DNA of 64,000 nucleotides from an uncultured Thermoplasmata archaeon (GCA_964602715.1 CAZRSB010000005.1:1105-65104), one strand, 5' to 3'; shown: positions 1 to 11,095, counted from the first letter of the stretch. Made by a program: numbers and translations. Notes: generated from the sequence alone by a model not told the origin.

Positions 1-6
1 CTGATT

Positions 7-1101
7 TCATATACCATCGGTGATCTCCTCGAATTTCTCTTTTAACCAAGTCATCTGTTCTTCAGTGGAGGTGAGTGGTGGCAAAAATCGGATGATCCTG
101 TTCCCCGATACACCTGTTATTATCCCCTCTTTCTCTAGTTCTGGCATATACTCATCTACAGTTTTTTGCATTATAGCACCTTTTATCAATCCTCTCCCCC
201 TTGTCTTTATTACCTCATCACATTCAAAATCTATAGATTTTTTAGAGATTTTTTCTATCAGACCTTTCTCTTCTATAGCTCTCAAAGTAGCTGCAGCGGC
301 TTTACAGGCTAACGGATTTCCTCCAAAAGTACTCCCATGTTTTCCTTTAGGTATATCAAAATTGCACATGGTTAATCCAATAGGCACACCATTTGCTAAT
401 CCTTTGCCCATCGTGACTATATCTGGTTCTATGTCATAATGATCGATCGCTAAAAACTCCCCAGTTCTCAATCCACTCTGTATCTCATCGTCAATTAATA
501 GCGCTTCTTTGTCTCTAGTTAAATCTCTTACAGCTTCGATAAATCCCTGTTCAGCAGGAATGATTCCTGATTGACCTTGGATTGGTTCTAATATGACTGC
601 AGCTGTTTCATCGTTTATCTCTTCTTTGGCTTTTTCTATATCGTTAAAAGGTATATGGTCAAATCCATCAACAAGAGGTTCAAAACCTTTCTTATATTTT
701 TGTTTCCAGGTAGCACTTAAAGACCCAAGCGTCCTTCCATGAAATGCGTTCGTCATCGATATTATTCTCTTTTTACCTGTTTTCAGTCTTGCAAACTTTA
801 TCGCTGCCTCCACCGCTTCAGTTCCTGAGTTAGATATGAATGAATAATCGAAACAAATGTGTCTTTCGAGCTCTGTGAAAAATTCTCCTTTTTCTTCATG
901 AGTAAACATCGGGCCTGCTACCACAAGTTTTTCAACTTGTTTTTTGAGAGCATTCATGACTTTCTCGTTTTTGTGACCTAAAATCGCTACTCCTATTCCT
1001 GTCAAAGCATCGAAGTACCTGTTCCCTTCCTCATCCCATATATAAGCACCTTTTCCCTCAACTATCTTCATTCTTTTGTTATATACATTCACTTCTTTCA
1101 T
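7..1101 (-). CDS. lysJ: Class III PLP aminotransferase, acetylornithine / LysW-gamma-lysine aminotransferase (ArgD/LysJ)
   Basis: 364 aa ORF with the aminotransferase class-III fold pattern (GxGxxG-like N-term, TMGKGLANG lysine motif). It is the last gene of a co-directional lysW-X-Y-Z-J string and has a 4-nt overlap with the upstream gene. Confidence 0.85.
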   Translation of the reverse strand: MKEVNVYNKRMKIVEGKGAYIWDEEGNRYFDALTGIGVAILGHKNEKVMNALKKQVEKLVVAGPMFTHEEKGEFFTELERHICFDYSFISNSGTEAVEAAIKFARLKTGKKRIISMTNAFHGRTLGSLSATWKQKYKKGFEPLVDGFDHIPFNDIEKAKEEINDETAAVILEPIQGQSGIIPAEQGFIEAVRDLTRDKEALLIDDEIQSGLRTGEFLAIDHYDIEPDIVTMGKGLANGVPIGLTMCNFDIPKGKHGSTFGGNPLACKAAAATLRAIEEKGLIEKISKKSIDFECDEVIKTRGRGLIKGAIMQKTVDEYMPELEKEGIITGVSGNRIIRFLPPLTSTEEQMTWLKEKFEEITDGI

Positions 1102-1844
1102 ACTATCACCGTCGTCCCATTAAGACCTATTATTTTTAACACCTCTACTCCATCATCTAATGCTTTACGTGCGGTGATTAGTTTTCTTTTCATACCACCT
1201 TCTACAGATCCTTCTATGTGCTCTAGGTCTTCTCTATCGACCTCTTCTACAACTTTGTCTTCCGATAAAAGGGCGGTTTCACTTAAGAAAATCAATTCTT
1301 TTGCTTCGAATTTCTTTGCCACATTATATGCTAATTTATCTCCATCGATGTTCAATGGATTGAAATTTTCATCCATAGCTATAGGAGCTAAAACCGGTGT
1401 TCCTATTTCTTTGATATCCATCAACTTCTCTTTATCGATAGAGCTTATATTACCAGATTGGTCATCTCGGATCACTTTTCTTTTTCCGTCTATCTTCGCT
1501 TTTAAAATCTCTTTTCTTTTTCCCCGTATAATCCTTAGGTCTAATCCACTCAAACCTACACAATCTATACCTTGGCTTTGAAGATATTTAACTATTCTTT
1601 TGTTAGCTTTCATCATACCCATTAAGAATAAATCTATATCCTCATAGGGAGTATATCTGAACTCTACACCTGATAAACTTTTGATCCTTTTGATCTCTTT
1701 ACCTACTTTTTTGAAAAGATCGTCTACAAAGTCTGATCCCCCATGGACTATAATTTCTGATTTAGAGATCTTCTCGAATTCGTCTAGCTCATTTAATACT
1801 CCTCCACCAATTTTAATTATCCGCATCTTATCACTCAATTTCAT
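1098..1844 (-). CDS. lysZ: Amino-acid kinase family: acetylglutamate / LysW-aminoadipate kinase (ArgB/LysZ)
   Basis: 248 aa with an N-terminal 'IIKIGGGVL' carbamate-kinase-like motif. Start and stop overlaps with the neighbouring genes indicate an operon. Confidence 0.8.
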   Translation of the reverse strand: MKLSDKMRIIKIGGGVLNELDEFEKISKSEIIVHGGSDFVDDLFKKVGKEIKRIKSLSGVEFRYTPYEDIDLFLMGMMKANKRIVKYLQSQGIDCVGLSGLDLRIIRGKRKEILKAKIDGKRKVIRDDQSGNISSIDKEKLMDIKEIGTPVLAPIAMDENFNPLNIDGDKLAYNVAKKFEAKELIFLSETALLSEDKVVEEVDREDLEHIEGSVEGGMKRKLITARKALDDGVEVLKIIGLNGTTVIV

Positions 1845-2836
1845 ATTGGATTTATTGGATGTTGGTTCAAACCCATTTTTTCTTCAAATCCAAACATTAT
1901 ATTCATATTTTGAACAGCCTGACCAGCCCCTCCTTTCAGTAAATTGTCAATGGCTGAAAAGACCACTACTCTACTGTTTTTTTCATCGTAAGCAAAGCCC
2001 AAATCAGCGTAATTGCTTCCGATCACGTATTTAGGATTAGGATTTCTTTGGAATCCTCCGGTCTGTTTTACAAATCGTATAAAGGTTTCATCTGAATACT
2101 CGTGAAATTTTTTGTAAATATCCGACTTGTCGGTTTTCATATTTATATATATAGTAGCTAAAAGACCTCTAACCATATCCACTGAATGCACGGTGAAATT
2201 AGCATTTATACCCGTTTCCTGAATGACTTCAGCTTCGTGTCGATGGCGATATTCTTTGTAAGGTCTTACAACTGAACTTCTTTCAGGATGAGAGGACATC
2301 ATATTTGCTCTTCTTCCTCCCGCACTCGAACTTACTTTAAGGTCGACGACTGCCTTCTCAATCTCGCCCTTGAATGGATACAAACCTAAAATCGCCGCTG
2401 TAGCATTGCATCCTGGATTAGCTACTATATCAGCTTCTTTGATCTGTTCTCTGTTCAGTTCAGGTAATCCATAAACTGCTTCATTTATCAGCTCAGGTCT
2501 TTTGTGATCTCCATAATATTCCTTGTAAAGATCTAATCCAACCCTGAAATCGGCACTCAAATCTATTATTTTTGATTTTCCAATGAAATCGTTTATCAAT
2601 TTCATCGATGACCCATGAGGAACGCATAAAAACGTAACATCAGAATCTATTTTTTCCAGATCATCGGTAAATCTCAGATCTATCCCTTTTAGATTTGGAT
2701 GAATTCTATCAACTTTTTCGTTTGCAAATTTTCTAGATGTGATTGTAGAGACATTTACTTCAGTATGATTATCAAGGATCCTCAGGATCTCTCCTCCTAT
2801 GTACCCGCTGGATCCCACTATAGCAGCGTCGATCAT
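1841..2836 (-). CDS. lysY: N-acetyl-gamma-glutamyl-phosphate / LysW-aminoadipyl-phosphate reductase (ArgC/LysY)
   Basis: 331 aa with an N-terminal Rossmann motif 'AIVGSSGYIGGE' and a catalytic-Cys region 'ANPGCNATA' typical of ArgC/LysY. Confidence 0.85.
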   Translation of the reverse strand: MIDAAIVGSSGYIGGEILRILDNHTEVNVSTITSRKFANEKVDRIHPNLKGIDLRFTDDLEKIDSDVTFLCVPHGSSMKLINDFIGKSKIIDLSADFRVGLDLYKEYYGDHKRPELINEAVYGLPELNREQIKEADIVANPGCNATAAILGLYPFKGEIEKAVVDLKVSSSAGGRRANMMSSHPERSSVVRPYKEYRHRHEAEVIQETGINANFTVHSVDMVRGLLATIYINMKTDKSDIYKKFHEYSDETFIRFVKQTGGFQRNPNPKYVIGSNYADLGFAYDEKNSRVVVFSAIDNLLKGGAGQAVQNMNIMFGFEEKMGLNQHPINPI

Positions 2837-3660
2837 GATTCTCCCTTCCTCACAGCAAAATCTACTAGTTTTTGAGCAATATCTATTCCAGTCACTCTTT
2901 GAGCGTTTCTAAATTCCATATTTGGATTTACTTCATTTACTAAAAGACCTTCATCACTTTCGAATAAGTCAATAGCTAAAGCTCCTTTTCCGAAGGCTTC
3001 CCATGTATTAAGAGAAATCTCTTCGACTTCTTCATCTTCGCAATTAATCGCTTTCGCACCGCGAGCTGTATTAGTAATCCAATGATCTAGGTTTTCTCTA
3101 TATATGGCCCCGATATACTCTCCATCTATTACATAACTTCTGATATCCCTATTTGGTTTATTCACGAAATCTTGATTGTAATATATTTTATAGAGTGGAT
3201 TTTTCATCCATTTTCTATGCTCCATTAAAGCTTCAGCGGCTTCTTCATCGTTAACCTTACTAACCATTCTTCCCCAACTGCCGAATACCGGTTTCAGAAC
3301 AGTTGGATATCCTAACTCTTCTACTGCTTTAACTGCACTTCTTTCATCAAAAGTAACATTCCAGTCAGGTAGGCTAACTTTTCCTTCAAGGTTTTGTGTA
3401 GAAAACAACTTATCTCCAGCTTCAAGATTGATTTCAAAGGGATTTATGGTTGGTATACCTTCTTCTTCAAAGAGTCTTGATAAGTACAGCAGATTAAAAT
3501 AGCTAGCGTTCCTTACCAAAACTACATCAATATCATGCTTGCTAGGAAAACGAACTTCTTTATCATGTATCATGACCGCTTCATGACCTGATTCTTCTAT
3601 TCTATCTCTGATTAGGAGCTCTTCTTTTCTTTTCATCGTATAGCTTATACCTATTTTCAT
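2833..3660 (-). CDS. lysX: RimK-type ATP-grasp ligase LysX/ArgX
   Basis: 275 aa ATP-grasp pattern, located immediately downstream of lysW in the same orientation. Confidence 0.8.
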   Translation of the reverse strand: MKIGISYTMKRKEELLIRDRIEESGHEAVMIHDKEVRFPSKHDIDVVLVRNASYFNLLYLSRLFEEEGIPTINPFEINLEAGDKLFSTQNLEGKVSLPDWNVTFDERSAVKAVEELGYPTVLKPVFGSWGRMVSKVNDEEAAEALMEHRKWMKNPLYKIYYNQDFVNKPNRDIRSYVIDGEYIGAIYRENLDHWITNTARGAKAINCEDEEVEEISLNTWEAFGKGALAIDLFESDEGLLVNEVNPNMEFRNAQRVTGIDIAQKLVDFAVRKGES

Positions 3661-3743
3661 ATTTATACCACCGTATTTTTATTCATAGAGGCTTATGTGA
3701 AGTGTATTTATATTTAAATAAATAAACAAATAAGAAAAATTTT

Positions 3744-3908
3744 TTATTCTCCCCAGTCTTCTTGTATTTCGGGTATTTCTTCAAGAATGGTCGGATCTTT
3801 ACTGTAAACTTCCAGATCTGAAGTACAAGTACTGCACTCTATAATCTCATGTTTTTCCGTATCATCTAGTTCTACGCTAGTACCACAAACAGGACAATCA
3901 CTATTCAT
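3744..3908 (-). CDS. lysW: LysW amino-group carrier protein
   Basis: Small Zn-ribbon protein (CPVCG...CSTC) ending in the diagnostic C-terminal 'EDWGE'. The ORF track gives 3744..3935, but the internal Met 'MNSDCPVCG' yields the canonical ~54 aa and leaves only an 8-nt overlap with the upstream gene. Confidence 0.8.
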   Translation of the reverse strand: MNSDCPVCGTSVELDDTEKHEIIECSTCTSDLEVYSKDPTILEEIPEIQEDWGE

Positions 3909-4914
3909 TTTTATCACCTCCTTTTGATTTTTCATTCGAATCTGAAATTTTGTTAATTTTTGATATGATCTCTTGGGTTACTTCTTCGGTATTTGCCCTG
4001 CCTCCTATATCTGGGGTTAAACTTCCCTGGCTTATTTGTTCTTTGACTGCGGTCCATACCAGATCTCCGTTAAGACCCAAATAATTCAACATCATACCAC
4101 CACTCAATATGCTCCCAATTGGATTGGCTATACCTTTCTCCTCTATGTCAGGGGCGGTGCCATGAACTGGTTCAAAAAGAGCAATTTCATCCCCATAATT
4201 ACCAGATGGAATGATTCCTAAGCTTTCTACATTGATAGATGAAAGATCCGAAATTATGTCCCCAAATAGATTTCCGCTCAATATAATATCATGTTCCCAA
4301 AAACTCTCAACTACCTCGATTGTGAATGCATCGATAATTCTGTCATCTATTCTTAATCCTTTATTTTCAGCTAAATTCATAGTAATCTCTCTGAAAAATT
4401 TATCTCCTTTCAACACATTCGCTTTATGAACAAAAGTGATTTTATCAGTACCTATCTTTGATGCTAGTTCTGCAGCAAATTTTGTTATCCTCTCACATCC
4501 TTCTCTTGTGATAACTCTATTGTCGATGATTTTATTCTTAGAACACTCGTATTCATCAGAATAAAGCCCTTCGCAGTTCTCCCTTACGATAAACACTTTT
4601 TTTCCTTTATTCATATTTGGTACAATTCTTAAATTTGCGTATAATTCTAATTCCTGTCTCAAAGTCAATATAAGACTTTTGTACTTTGTTTCTTTAGATG
4701 GAGTTTCAGTAGCACCAAAAAGGACTGCATCCATCTCTTGAATTTCATCAATTTTGTATTTGGATATGGGTACGCCTCTTTGTTGGTAGATCTCATAACC
4801 TCCCTTGAGTTCAATGAACTCGATTTTATCAGTTACATTATTTAATACTGAAATACATGAATCAAGTACATCATCACCGATACCGTCTCTTCCTAGCACA
4901 GCTACTCTATACAT
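3901..4914 (-). CDS. Homoisocitrate / 3-isopropylmalate dehydrogenase (isocitrate-isopropylmalate DH family)
   Basis: 337 aa beta-decarboxylating dehydrogenase pattern ('NLFGDIISD' motif). Lies in the alpha-aminoadipate block upstream of lysW. Confidence 0.8.
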   Translation of the reverse strand: MYRVAVLGRDGIGDDVLDSCISVLNNVTDKIEFIELKGGYEIYQQRGVPISKYKIDEIQEMDAVLFGATETPSKETKYKSLILTLRQELELYANLRIVPNMNKGKKVFIVRENCEGLYSDEYECSKNKIIDNRVITREGCERITKFAAELASKIGTDKITFVHKANVLKGDKFFREITMNLAENKGLRIDDRIIDAFTIEVVESFWEHDIILSGNLFGDIISDLSSINVESLGIIPSGNYGDEIALFEPVHGTAPDIEEKGIANPIGSILSGGMMLNYLGLNGDLVWTAVKEQISQGSLTPDIGGRANTEEVTQEIISKINKISDSNEKSKGGDKNE

Positions 4915-5390
4915 AGATCATCCCTCCTGTTGACATAATTTAAAATACCCTCTTCTTCGATTATAGTAAATAAAAGTCCCTCTAAAGGTTTCATTTTTTT
5001 CTGAACCTCATCTTTCCGTACAAATCCTTTTTCCCAATCAACCTCTATTTTATCACCATCATGCAACCACCCTGTTTCACCGATCAAAATCGGTATTCCG
5101 AGATTGATACAATTTCTGTAAAAGATCCTTCCAAAATTTTTTGCGATGATGCCTTCGATACCAGATGCTTTTAGTGAGAGAGGTGCTGACTCGCGAGAAG
5201 AACCTATTCCAAAATTTTCACCTCCTACTACTACATCATTTTCATCGACACTGTTTGCAAATTCCGGTCGGGCTTCGATGAAAGGTATTTTTGCTAATTC
5301 TTCAGGGTCCTCAGTTAAATTATATCTGCCTGGAGTTATCATATCTGTCGAAACATTATCTCCAAATTTCCATACTCTACTATTGCTCAT
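4902..5390 (-). CDS. Homoaconitase / 3-isopropylmalate dehydratase small subunit (LeuD-like)
   Basis: 162 aa aconitase swivel-domain protein, downstream of and overlapping the large subunit. Confidence 0.8.
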   Translation of the reverse strand: MSNSRVWKFGDNVSTDMITPGRYNLTEDPEELAKIPFIEARPEFANSVDENDVVVGGENFGIGSSRESAPLSLKASGIEGIIAKNFGRIFYRNCINLGIPILIGETGWLHDGDKIEVDWEKGFVRKDEVQKKMKPLEGLLFTIIEEEGILNYVNRRDDLCIE

Positions 5391-6550
5391 GATACCTCCT
5401 CCGGATTCGTTATTTCCCCATAAAGAGAACTGACAGCTGCTGTTTTGGGATTAGATAGGTATATCTCTGCGTCTGGAGAACCCATTCGCCCTCTAAAATT
5501 TCGATTGTTAGTGCTCAAAACCACTTCATCCTCTCCAACTACCCCCATATGTCTTCCTAAACAGGGGCCACAACCTGGTGGTAATATCGTAGCTCCTGCT
5601 TCAATGAGAGGACTAACTAGATTTTTTTCTCCCATCTCTTTGTAAACTTGTTGGGAGGCTGGACAGATCAGTGTCCGCACCTCTACCTTTTCCCCTTCAA
5701 GTATCTCAGCAGCTTTTTTGATATGTTGAAACCTACCATTTGTACAAGATCCGATAAACACTTGATCTATTTTTCTTGAATTATCTTCTATAAATCCGAT
5801 ATTAGTAGGACTGTGTGGAAGCGATAGCAGAGGAGGGACCTCGTTTAATTTGATCCCCATCTCTTTCACATAGTTCCCTTGTCTTCCGTAGCTTCCATCA
5901 TCGACTATGGCAGTCTTCGCATTGATTTCCGCGCTAAAATTAGTGAGTGTCATTTTTTCATCAGTAGAAAGTGTATCTTTGTTAGCTCCGAAAAACTCAA
6001 GGGCTTTGTAGTTCATATTAATATTTTCTAATTTTTTGTTCAACAACATTATTATGTCCATCGCCATCACATTTTGCCTTAGAGAACCTTTTAAATCGAC
6101 TTTAACACTTCTCGGTACTTTCAACCATGTTTTTCCAGTTCCGAGTATTACTGCTACATCTGTAGCTCCCATACCAACGGCAAAACTCCCGAAAGCACCC
6201 AATGTGGGAGTATGAGAATCTGCTCCTACGATTATTTTATTTTTTTCTACTAATTCTTTTTCATAGACGACTTGGTGACATATACCTTCTCCTTCAAATA
6301 ATTGGATGTCATATTGTTCTGCAAATTCTCTTGTTCTATTCTGCAGATCTGAATAATCAACAGTTGATGAGGGATATACATGATCGAAGAAGACATAAGT
6401 GTCATTTGGTTTTTGGACGCTATCATAGTTCTGGTTAAACGCTCTTATGACTAGAGGCATAGTTGCATCATGACCGTATGTCAAGTCAACTTCCCTTATC
6501 ACTGACTCTCCTGCCTCAGCATTCAAAATATTTTCAACTATTGTCGACAT
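5387..6550 (-). CDS. Homoaconitase / 3-isopropylmalate dehydratase large subunit (LeuC-like)
   Basis: 387 aa aconitase-family catalytic domain with Fe-S cysteines ('GSCTNGR', 'CGPCLG'). Confidence 0.8.
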   Translation of the reverse strand: MSTIVENILNAEAGESVIREVDLTYGHDATMPLVIRAFNQNYDSVQKPNDTYVFFDHVYPSSTVDYSDLQNRTREFAEQYDIQLFEGEGICHQVVYEKELVEKNKIIVGADSHTPTLGAFGSFAVGMGATDVAVILGTGKTWLKVPRSVKVDLKGSLRQNVMAMDIIMLLNKKLENINMNYKALEFFGANKDTLSTDEKMTLTNFSAEINAKTAIVDDGSYGRQGNYVKEMGIKLNEVPPLLSLPHSPTNIGFIEDNSRKIDQVFIGSCTNGRFQHIKKAAEILEGEKVEVRTLICPASQQVYKEMGEKNLVSPLIEAGATILPPGCGPCLGRHMGVVGEDEVVLSTNNRNFRGRMGSPDAEIYLSNPKTAAVSSLYGEITNPEEVS

Positions 6551-7661
6551 ATTTTTCCTCCTTTATTTCTCTTTTAGAAATCAATTTTTTGAGATCAAAT
6601 TGGCCAGACGAACTTTTCAATGATGCCAATATTTTCTTTACTGTTTTATCATCTGCTTTAATTCCTTTTTTTTCCAAATAATGTTTGACTGAATCTTTTC
6701 CGGAATACATATCAAGATGAACCTCCCTTTTTCTTCCTAGATCTTCTGCGGGCATGAATTCGTAGGTGTTTGGATCCTCTATTACAGCTGAAACATGCAA
6801 ACCCGAATTATGGACAAAGGCATTTTCTCCTACGATGGGTTGATTTTCCTGAACCTTTAACCCGGTAATATTTTGTATCATTTCACTCAATTCATTCAAC
6901 TTATGTAGATTGTAAGCATCGATATCATAATGATACTTGAGAGTAACAGCAATTTGAGCCAGATCAACAATACCTGATCTTTCTCCTATTCCATTGACAG
7001 AAGCATCAACTAGTGTAGCCCCCGCCTCAACTCCCATGATCGCATTGGTTAAAGCTAATCCCATATCATCATGGCAATGTACGTTTGTAGGAATACTATA
7101 ATCTAAAAAATCAGTAACTATTTGATAGAAATCGAAGGGATAGGCACTACCAGTTGTATCTGCCACACTGAATCTATTTGCACCTGCATCTTTAGCTCTA
7201 CTCAATGTCCTAAATAGATTATCCCATTCAGTTCTGATTGTGTCTTCGGGCGTAAAACGCACTTTAAGTCCATGATCCTTTGCATAGGTGATAGATCTTT
7301 CAATTTTTTGAAGAGCCTCATCTAAACTGATTTCAAATCGATTTTTTAAGGCCCTTTCTGAAACACATAAAAATATTCCAATCCATTCAACCCCTGATTC
7401 AATCACTAGATCGATGTCTTCTTTTGTAGCCCTAGAATGGGCTAACAGACTTGCATCTAGATTTTGAGAAGACACTTCTCGAACACCTTCAAAGACAGAG
7501 TCACTGACTGCAGGGTGTCCCAATTCTATAAAATCAATTTCGAACTCGTCTAGGGCCGTAGCGATCTCTAAACGTTCTTTTGAAGTATAACTAACACCTG
7601 GTGATTGTGCTCCCTCTCTTAATGTGCTATCTAGTAATTTTATGTTTTTCATTATTCTCAC
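6534..7661 (-). CDS. Homocitrate synthase / short-form 2-isopropylmalate synthase (HMGL-like, no LeuA regulatory domain)
   Basis: 375 aa DRE_TIM/HMGL-like N-terminus ('LRDGAQ'-type 'LREGAQS', 'HCHDD' variant 'HCHDDMG'). The short length fits homocitrate/citramalate synthase rather than feedback-regulated LeuA. Confidence 0.8.
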   Translation of the reverse strand: MRIMKNIKLLDSTLREGAQSPGVSYTSKERLEIATALDEFEIDFIELGHPAVSDSVFEGVREVSSQNLDASLLAHSRATKEDIDLVIESGVEWIGIFLCVSERALKNRFEISLDEALQKIERSITYAKDHGLKVRFTPEDTIRTEWDNLFRTLSRAKDAGANRFSVADTTGSAYPFDFYQIVTDFLDYSIPTNVHCHDDMGLALTNAIMGVEAGATLVDASVNGIGERSGIVDLAQIAVTLKYHYDIDAYNLHKLNELSEMIQNITGLKVQENQPIVGENAFVHNSGLHVSAVIEDPNTYEFMPAEDLGRKREVHLDMYSGKDSVKHYLEKKGIKADDKTVKKILASLKSSSGQFDLKKLISKREIKEEKYVDNS

Positions 7662-7905
7662 CTAACTTTACACAATTAACTGACTCTTTTGTTATTATGA
7701 CTGATTGAAAGTTCTGGTATCTTTTTATACAATCTATTTTTTCAGTGTTAGTTCTTCGATTGTTTCTAATTTGAAAATTAATATAATCAAAAAGTTCTTT
7801 TTCTATAGTTCTTAGATCAATTCCATTCCTTTTAAGATTTTCGTAATGGATTTTACGATTATAGTTTATATGATCTCTATCTTCATACCTGTATTTATCG
7901 CGCAT
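7627..7905 (-). CDS. Hypothetical small basic protein (doubtful)
   Basis: 92 aa ORF overlapping the start of the upstream synthase; no recognisable motif, AT-rich region. Confidence 0.2.
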   Translation of the reverse strand: MRDKYRYEDRDHINYNRKIHYENLKRNGIDLRTIEKELFDYINFQIRNNRRTNTEKIDCIKRYQNFQSVIITKESVNCVKLGENNEKHKITR

Positions 7906-8029
7906 ATTGATAGACAGATATAAGTATATGTTATAAATACTTTTTGTATTCTTTTACGAAAAAAGCAAATAAATTACTATATTCGTATTACAGTAAGTTT
8001 TAAATCTTCTACTCTCATAAAGTATAGAT

Positions 8030-8425
8030 ATGGATGAAACCGATCAGCAAATACTGAAGATATTGAAAAAAAATTCTAGAATGAGTTATATTGACATAGC
8101 GGAGAAAGTGGATTTGAGTGAAGGAGCCGTAAGAAAAAGAATAGACAACCTTAAAAAAGATGGAGTGATCAAAAGATTTACGATAGAAACTAGTGCTCAA
8201 ACTGAGGGATTGGTGATAATAAGAATTGATCCAGCAAAAACGAGAGAAGCAGCTAAAGAAGTAAAAAATTATGCTGAAAGGGTCTATGAGTTGTCTGGTG
8301 AATGGGATGTAGTGGCTTGGCTCTATGCTTCGGACATAAGAGAATTGAATGAAAAAGTGGACAAAATAAGGGAGATCTCTGGCATCTTAGATACTTCTAC
8401 CCTTATAAAGATGAAGGAACATTGA
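8030..8425 (+). CDS. Lrp/AsnC-family transcriptional regulator (LysM-like)
   Basis: 131 aa with an N-terminal HTH ('ILKILKKNSRMSYIDIAEKVDLSEGAVRKRI') plus a C-terminal RAM domain. Divergent from the lysine operon. Confidence 0.85.
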   Translation: MDETDQQILKILKKNSRMSYIDIAEKVDLSEGAVRKRIDNLKKDGVIKRFTIETSAQTEGLVIIRIDPAKTREAAKEVKNYAERVYELSGEWDVVAWLYASDIRELNEKVDKIREISGILDTSTLIKMKEH

Positions 8426-8505
8426 TAATCTAAATTCGACCTCAAATGTGTAATAGAGAGATATATCAGGGATCAAAAGAAAGGATTAGACAGATGATGA
8501 CATCT

Positions 8506-10053
8506 CTATCCTAAAAAACTTCTAAGATTTGCAGCCTCCTGAACAAACTCGCTGATTTTCACTTTATTTTCTTTTCTAATACGTTCAATTATTTCATCAG
8601 TTACTTTTTTGTGTTCCAGATTAATATCCACTTCTTCTCTTAGTTCTATCAGGGTCTTTCTCAGCTCATCCGGGACAAAAGGCGAATCTTTGTTAAAATA
8701 CTCCAATGCGGTTTTTAAATCATCGTCAAAGTGAACATATACTTCTCTTATATATTCTAAATCTTTTTCTTCTAAAGCGTTAAGCCCCAAAATTTCAGGG
8801 GGTAATCCTATGGAATAAAGAGAAGCAGTGAAAGTGATTGCTCTAGGCAAGTTTGTCCCTTCAAAATCGCGCGAGTAACCAAATAAACCGGTATGTAATT
8901 TTCTTTTTCTCCGTCCTGGAACGTATCTAGCTACGTCGTTAATAACTGAAACTAGTTGGGATATATGTTTTCTGTATTCTGAGGAGTATCTTTCGACAAT
9001 TTCAAGACTTCTCTTTATGTTTATTTTTTGAGGAGATTCTGTCTTTCTACTTTGGAGGTATTCAACTCCATCTCGGACTTCTTTAGGAGGATTGTCATAT
9101 TTAAATGCAGATTGAATGGTGAAGGTGTGAACACTTGGATAGTCATCTATGATTCGATCGACCGTGAAAGGAGTCAAATTTCCTCTAAATGGAGAGGAGC
9201 CAGCTCCGAGGATTGGATATATATCTACACTCGTCTCTTCATTTAAATCATTGATCTTTTGAAGGGCTATCTTGTTCAATAGTATTGCTGAGAGATTGCC
9301 ATAGTTCATAGCAGGATCTGATCTTGCTAAGAAAATCCGTTGATGTTCTGTGTCCTTATCTTCAAGATATTTTTTAGTGATATCATATACGGCGAGCATA
9401 TTCTCTTTATCTTCTAGGAGAGGTATTACGTTAATAGCATCTGGTTTGAAATCTCCGATCCATTCGGCTATAGTTAGATCCTCTTCTTTAAATGATTTTT
9501 TTTGTTTACCGACAACGAAATCCCGATAATAATTGTATATTCTATTCAAACTATCAGCGGATGTAGTCATCGGCAAGATAACTTCAAATATTGGCGATTG
9601 TTCTTCTTCATAAAATAATTTTGATGTATCAAATGACCTAGGAATGCTTTCTAATGTTTCGATAAGTATCTTAGCTTCGGCTTTTTCTATGGCTGGATTT
9701 GGAACTCTCATTGTTAAAAATAGATCTTTACCAATTTTATTATCTTTGAAAAAATCTCCATAGTTAGCCAACAATTTCTTTACAACGAAATCGTCTGTTT
9801 CTTTTCCTTCACAATCCCACATTTGTTCGTCAACACCAAGATGAGAAAAGCCATAATATGCCTCCTTAACTTCATCTTCACCCCCTATTTCTGCATTCTC
9901 AGAAAAAAATGGGGTATGAACATTGTCTGGATGCTGAGTACTCATACATTTTGGTATTTTGGCTTCATACATGATATCTCTAATTCTCGAGATAAAAGGA
10001 ACATATATAAAATTTTTCGTAAATTTCTTTCGAATATTACTTGTGCAAATCAA
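8506..10053 (-). CDS. ppcA: Archaeal-type phosphoenolpyruvate carboxylase
   Basis: About 490-515 aa with the archaeal PEPC signature 'MSTQHPDN' near the N-terminus. The true start is probably the internal Met at 9972 (IMYEAKIPKCMSTQHPDN). Confidence 0.7.
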   Translation of the reverse strand: MICTSNIRKKFTKNFIYVPFISRIRDIMYEAKIPKCMSTQHPDNVHTPFFSENAEIGGEDEVKEAYYGFSHLGVDEQMWDCEGKETDDFVVKKLLANYGDFFKDNKIGKDLFLTMRVPNPAIEKAEAKILIETLESIPRSFDTSKLFYEEEQSPIFEVILPMTTSADSLNRIYNYYRDFVVGKQKKSFKEEDLTIAEWIGDFKPDAINVIPLLEDKENMLAVYDITKKYLEDKDTEHQRIFLARSDPAMNYGNLSAILLNKIALQKINDLNEETSVDIYPILGAGSSPFRGNLTPFTVDRIIDDYPSVHTFTIQSAFKYDNPPKEVRDGVEYLQSRKTESPQKINIKRSLEIVERYSSEYRKHISQLVSVINDVARYVPGRRKRKLHTGLFGYSRDFEGTNLPRAITFTASLYSIGLPPEILGLNALEEKDLEYIREVYVHFDDDLKTALEYFNKDSPFVPDELRKTLIELREEVDINLEHKKVTDEIIERIRKENKVKISEFVQEAANLRSFLG

Positions 10054-10777
10054 ATTAGACTATGCAAATCGTAATTTAATTATGGTATATAGGTATAATC
10101 AATCAAAAATCTAATGAAATATCTATATTAAAAATCAAGATAGATCCAATGGTGTTATTTAGATTAGCTATTAGAACTATTGATCATTTTTATTTGTGTC
10201 ATAGAGTTTTTCTCCCGTCATTTCATTCCAATGTCTTCAAACATGTCAGGGCTTTTTCGAATGGTTATGTAGTCTTTTTGGTTTTTTTCTTTTTCATGGA
10301 CTTTAAGTAGTTATAGATTATCTAAATTAATCAAGAAGACACCTTCCTATCCGTAGCGACAGCGAGGATGAAGAGGGTTTTTAATCCTCGCTAATCGGCA
10401 GATTAGGCGGGTGATGAATTGGTCTGTATAGGAGGCTGTCAACTTTTTAGTGATATTGCCGATTTGTCTAAAAGGGATGTAGCTCTTCAGAATAATATAT
10501 GATATCTTTCAAAATATCTAAAAACTGAAAAATCACTAAATTTTAGACAGTATCTATACTTCAAATTGTTTATATGGTATCGATATATTCAGTCGGGACC
10601 ATTCTTACATTCTAACTCCCTTTTTATTTTAACTTATTCTACCTTTATTTGTTTTAAGATTCAAAGACATTCTCTTAATACTAAACTTAGTACACATCCT
10701 GGACCTTAAAAACCTGATTGAATCAGAGTACTTAGAAAGGAAAGATTTATTTATTTGTACATACATTGTACATATAG

Positions 10778-11095
10778 ATGTCATCTAACAGCGAGAATAG
10801 ATCGAAAAGGGTTAATTTCAGACTACCCGAGGAATTGATAGATATGGCCGACGTCACAGCTAGAGTGAAGCATAAGAACCGAACGGAGATAGTGAAGGAA
10901 GCTTTGGACGAACATCTGCACGAGATCATTGACAAGAGTTTCAAGCAAAAGGTGATAGAGTTGTATCTGGACGACGAGATCGAATACGAGATGTTGAAGA
11001 AGTTCCTTGGTCGAGAGGACGCAGAAGCTGTGAAAGCCTCTAAGGATATATTGGACCGGGGAGACGAACTGGCCGAAGAACTCTCTGAACTTTGA
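10778..11095 (+). CDS. Ribbon-helix-helix (CopG/VapB-like) putative antitoxin
   Basis: 105 aa with an N-terminal beta-strand/helix pattern 'KRVNFRLPEELIDMAD...EIVKEALDEHL'. Has a 4-nt overlap with the downstream PIN gene. The region is clearly GC-richer than the flanks. Confidence 0.6.
   Translation: MSSNSENRSKRVNFRLPEELIDMADVTARVKHKNRTEIVKEALDEHLHEIIDKSFKQKVIELYLDDEIEYEMLKKFLGREDAEAVKASKDILDRGDELAEELSEL

Noticed and set aside
1174-2034. Plus-strand ORFs 1174..1581 and 1681..2034 inside lysZ/lysY
   Set aside because: Antisense to well-supported amino-acid kinase and reductase genes; hydrophobic low-complexity products.
10395-10440. C/D-box sRNA (UGAUGA box at gtgatgaa)
   Set aside because: No convincing D box (CUGA), no C'/D' pair and no guide complementarity checked. 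It is retained only as a low-interest structured patch.
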